Positions 61,901-64,000 of a stretch of DNA of 64,000 nucleotides are shown here, one piece after another. Each line of letters starts with the position of its first letter. Within the stretch, counting starts at the first letter, position 1. The stretch is from the NCBI RefSeq assembly GCF_902459465.1, contig NC_047068.1:1984001-2048000 (forward strand), given 5' to 3'. Source of the stretch: Asterias rubens. Taxonomy: Eukaryota. Below the pieces are notes generated by a model that worked only from the letters and a program-made list of their open reading frames with translations, did no database searches and had not been told where the DNA came from. The translations under genes and the position numbers were made by a program.

Positions 61901-62659
61901 CCCAACCTGTAGTGAATAGTTTGTACGCGCAAACAATACCTCGCTCATGATGTGACGTCACCGGAAAAATAATGTCAACAAAAACTGTTTGAAAAAAAAT
62001 GTGAAAATTTTTCATTGTTGCTATTCAGACACATATATTGTTGTGATAGTACAAGCAATTCTGAATATTTCTGACTCCAAGTCCAATAGTGACATCATGA
62101 GCAGCTAGCCTGGTTTTTGTGGGAGTTCCTAAAGACCATTGTTTAAATTGAAACAAATTGGAAAAGATTTCAAAATGGGTTTGCAACAGGTACATACAGC
62201 TGATTTATTGTCTATAAATAACACCATTTTACATGAAAAGGTAGTCTCGGGTACTGTGGTCAGTGTTGTAGCTAGACCAATTTTAGTGGTGGGTTCAAAT
62301 CTAATATCTAATTTAGTCCACCAAGGGTGAATGGTACTACACAATTATTTATGTTTAGATATGGAGCCATCATTGCTGAAGTTCAAGTGGAGGAAATCTG
62401 TGCGTGGCAGCGTAGTGTATTTTGCTTAGAGTGCTGGGTGAAATGGTTAGTTCTGGGCAGGCCCATTCGGCACCGCTCACCGTGGCTACAATGGTGCAAT
62501 TTGCTGCCACTGCAAATTAAACAAAACAAAAAACAGTGGGCAAGCTTTTCCTCTTTCACTCTTAGGGCAAGATATTTCTCATTCCATTAAGGTCAATACC
62601 TTCCTCTTTCATGCTAGGGGCAAGGGCTAGCCACTTGGCGTGTAGTAGGGCAACAAAGA

Positions 62660-62729
62660 GCAAGCCCTTTCTCTTTAGCGTTGGGGCAAGCCCTTTCTCT
62701 TTAGCGTTGGGGCAAGCCATTTCTCTTTT
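62660..62729. repeat. 26-bp tandem repeat x2.7
   Basis: gcaagccctttctctttagcgttggg repeated. Confidence 0.9.
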
Positions 62730-63311
62730 GTTAACTCCGGAGAAATTTGAACATGACACTAGGACCTGTTTTTGACCCTTTTCCAGTTTCATTTTACTTT
62801 AAAGAGTTTGAATAACTTGCATGTATTAACATTTTTAACAGTATTACATAATTGAAAGTTGACTGATGGAAGTTACGAGGCCTGCGTACTACTAAAGATG
62901 TAGACATATACTGTACATGTCTAAGGACTTGATTTCACAGATCATGATGGGGTTAGAGAGGGCAAGCATGAGTGTGTAGATGGCTTGAATGTGAACAAAT
63001 GTGCACCAGATCACTGCATCATCAAAACATACTGGCCAATTAGCCTAGAAACACATCTGTTGTACACCAATACTGAACTGCAACACTTGTGGTATCATAG
63101 CTTAGTGTATGGTGAGTGGATGCAGTAGAAGATGCTTGGCCTAGATTGGGATTGAGTGGGTGTAGGGATGGGTAAGCCAGACTCAAACATCCACATACAA
63201 ACTAACCCAAGTCTACTGGCTCGATGCCATCCATGCTAGTAGGAAAATATAGAAATAGGACATTGGTGGAACTCGGGGGGATGACTGGTTTTCGAAGGTA
63301 TAGCACATTGT

Positions 63312-63606
63312 ATGCTATATATTTGGTTTGTGGTAACACCATGTGTGTGTCTACTTGTCAGGTAGAGTTTGTTCTTAAGTGAATTGCTTGCTATTCTACT
63401 ACCGCAAAGTAGATGTTTTGAATTGTTCAGGAGACTTCTCAGTTCTGAAAAGAATGCTTTTTGACTACTACCTGGGCGGAAGGTAGAGAATCGTCTGGGA
63501 CTACTACTTAGGCTTATAGCTGGGCTTATAGGATCACTATTGATACACACATGGTGTTACCGCAAACCAAATATATATTGATACCTCAACATGCAATGCC
63601 TCAAAA
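63312..63606. mobile_element. Penelope-like element PLE-b, third copy with inverted terminal segment
   Basis: Body matches 14850-15030; atatatttggtttgtggtaacaccatgtgtgt is inverted at gatacacacatggtgttaccgcaaaccaaatatat. Confidence 0.7.
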
Positions 63607-64000
63607 CATTTGTATGTTCTTAGTGAAGTTTGATATTCTGATTTTGCTTTACCGCAAAACAATTATACACTGATTTTGTTTGTGAACAGCATTAAATAAC
63701 AGTACATTAGACATTTCAATTCACTGGAAAATGTTGTCTCTTATGATAAAAATCATATATCCTACATGTCCTGTAAATTCATGTTATTATTAAATGATGT
63801 ATGTATGTAGGCCAAGAAACATATGATGAATGTTGAGACACCACAGGTCAAAGGTCATGTTGGTTTTGGGTGGATGCCCTGGCTAGCGCAATGATCCTTC
63901 CTTCATACCTCCTTGATTTGACTTCAAACATTTTGTGGTATTCATTTCAAGGAACAGATGTAAGATTTGAATCCATAGAGAGTGTTGTGGTCGCATAGTG

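Overview
Eukaryotic (animal), AT-rich, repeat-dense genomic DNA. No prokaryotic genes, operons or CRISPR arrays are present. The dominant repeat family resembles ones I recall from sea stars (Asteroidea); this is recollection, not a database result. One plus-strand protein-coding gene is partly visible. It has a large Gln/Pro-rich first coding exon (ATG 44681 to donor 45797, interrupted by a 128-N assembly gap) and a phase-compatible next exon (46740-46900) containing an in-frame TAG. Several candidate non-coding 5' exons are scattered over about 38 kb upstream. I cannot name the gene. The rest is mostly mobile-element debris: about 14 copies of a TTAA-flanked ~380-bp MITE (Kolobok/ANGEL-like), Harbinger-, hAT- and P-like MITEs, tRNA-derived SINEs, RTE and L2/CR1 LINE fragments, a 26-bp minisatellite and a ~660-bp fold-back element. 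The most interesting signals are (i) three related families of short Penelope-like non-autonomous retroelements with TSDs and minimal hammerhead-ribozyme-like motifs, where all near-intact copies in or beyond the inferred gene span are antisense to it, (ii) the in-frame amber codon in an otherwise well-formed exon, (iii) an internal RT fragment flanked by a 17-bp duplication and (iv) a fold-back element carrying mirror-image splice donors. All calls were made by eye; coordinates of degraded repeats are approximate.
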